Source: Eledone cirrhosa (lineage: Eukaryota). From it: a stretch of 64,000 nt of DNA. The notes under the pieces were generated by a model, which did no database searches, had not been told where the DNA came from, and saw nothing but the letters and a program-made list of their open reading frames with translations. The position numbers and the translations under genes are program-made. The stretch spans positions 16,058,001 through 16,122,000 of the forward strand of contig OZ024744.1 of the NCBI GenBank assembly GCA_964016885.1, read 5' to 3'. Shown one piece after another: positions 63,561 to 64,000 of the stretch (its first letter is position 1; each line of letters starts with the position of its first letter).

Positions 63561-64000
63561 AATATGAAAGAAGTTGGAGAAGGAGAGTATGAAGAAAGTT
63601 GAATAAGGAGAATATGAAGGAAGTTGGAGAAGGAGAGTATGAAGGAAGTTGGAGAAGGAGAATATGAAGGAAGTTGGGGAAGAAGGTATGAAGGAAGTTG
63701 GAGAAGGAGAGTATGAAGGAAGTTGGAGAAGGAGAGTATGAAGGAAGTTGGAGAAGGAGAGTATGAAGTAAGTTGAAGAAGGAGAATAAGAAGGAAGTTG
63801 GAGAAGGAGAGTATGAAGGAAGTTGTAGGGGGAGAATATGAAGGAATTTGAAGAAGGAGAATCTGAAGGAAGTTGGAGAAAGAGAGTATGAAGGAAGTTG
63901 AAGGAGGAGAATATGAAGGAAGTTGAAGGAGGAGAATATGAACGAATTTGGAGAAGGAGAGTATGAAGGAAGATGGAGAAGGAGAATCTGAAGGAAGTTG

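Larger units (their letters stand above)
1..64000. repeat. Tandem satellite array, 25-bp monomer GAAGGAAGTTGGAGAAGGAGAGTAT (~2,560 copies, single orientation, both ends outside the window)
   Basis: The core GAAGGAAGTTG recurs every 25 bp along the whole window. Common variable positions are TTGGAGAAGG/TTGAAGAAGG/TTGAAGGAGG and AGTAT/AATAT/AATCT/AATCA. Minor 22-, 24- and 26-bp length variants occur. The consensus has 11 G, 10 A, 4 T and no C. Confidence 0.99.

Noticed and set aside
1-64000. + strand read with TGA as a sense codon (MKEVGEGEYEGSWRRRVWRKLEKES repeats; the TGG/TGA polymorphism would be silent in one frame)
   Set aside because: With a 25-bp period each site is read in all three phases, so there is no codon-level constraint. 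TAA/TAG-creating variants (TATAAA, AGTAAG, ATTAAG, GTAGG) and 1-bp deletions are freely amplified.
1-64000. Shine-Dalgarno-like AAGGAG/AGGAGG shortly before ATG in most monomers, with ATGA start/stop overlaps giving 12-17-aa mini-ORFs; also CsrA-like ANGGA motifs
   Set aside because: This is a by-product of purine-rich composition. There is no promoter, terminator, hairpin or bacterial gene context, and a >=64-kb satellite is not a plausible prokaryotic operon or sRNA.
1-64000. CRISPR array
   Set aside because: Monomers abut directly with no unique spacers, no palindromic repeat, no leader and no cas genes.
1-64000. Telomerase-type telomeric repeat (some yeasts use ~25-bp units)
   Set aside because: Telomerase products are templated, near-invariant and far shorter. 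Here variants are inherited in multi-kb duplicated blocks, indicating recombinational amplification, and no chromosome end is visible. A telomerase-independent terminal satellite cannot be excluded from this window.
1-64000. Canonical G-quadruplex array
   Set aside because: G-runs are almost all GG; GGG or longer runs occur only in isolated variants far apart.
1-64000. Purely synthetic or assembler-generated repeat
   Set aside because: Nested duplications with private SNPs, whole-monomer indels and stepwise variant series look like natural evolution. Individual junctions still need read-level confirmation.

Overview
The whole 64 kb is one uninterrupted head-to-tail satellite array of a 25-bp monomer, consensus (+) GAAGGAAGTTGGAGAAGGAGAGTAT, about 2,560 copies, all in one orientation and running off both window edges. 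I saw no unique sequence, gene, RNA gene, transposon or CRISPR array. The supplied minus-strand ORFs are artefacts: the pyrimidine-rich strand of the monomer has no stop codon in any frame, and because 25 is not a multiple of 3 every frame gives the same 25-aa cycle (LLLQLPSYSPSPTSFILSFSNFLHT). The information lies in the order of monomer variants. These reveal nested higher-order duplications: about 4.0 kb (x2 plus an interrupted third copy), about 7.1-7.3 kb (x2), 13.3 kb (x2 plus a diverged partial third copy) and several of 0.2-1.5 kb. The set of variants also changes at about 31-33 kb. A eukaryotic centromeric, pericentromeric or subtelomeric satellite is the most plausible reading, but organism and function cannot be read from the sequence. 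Offsets were obtained by hand from marker variants, so boundaries are approximate (about one or two monomers).
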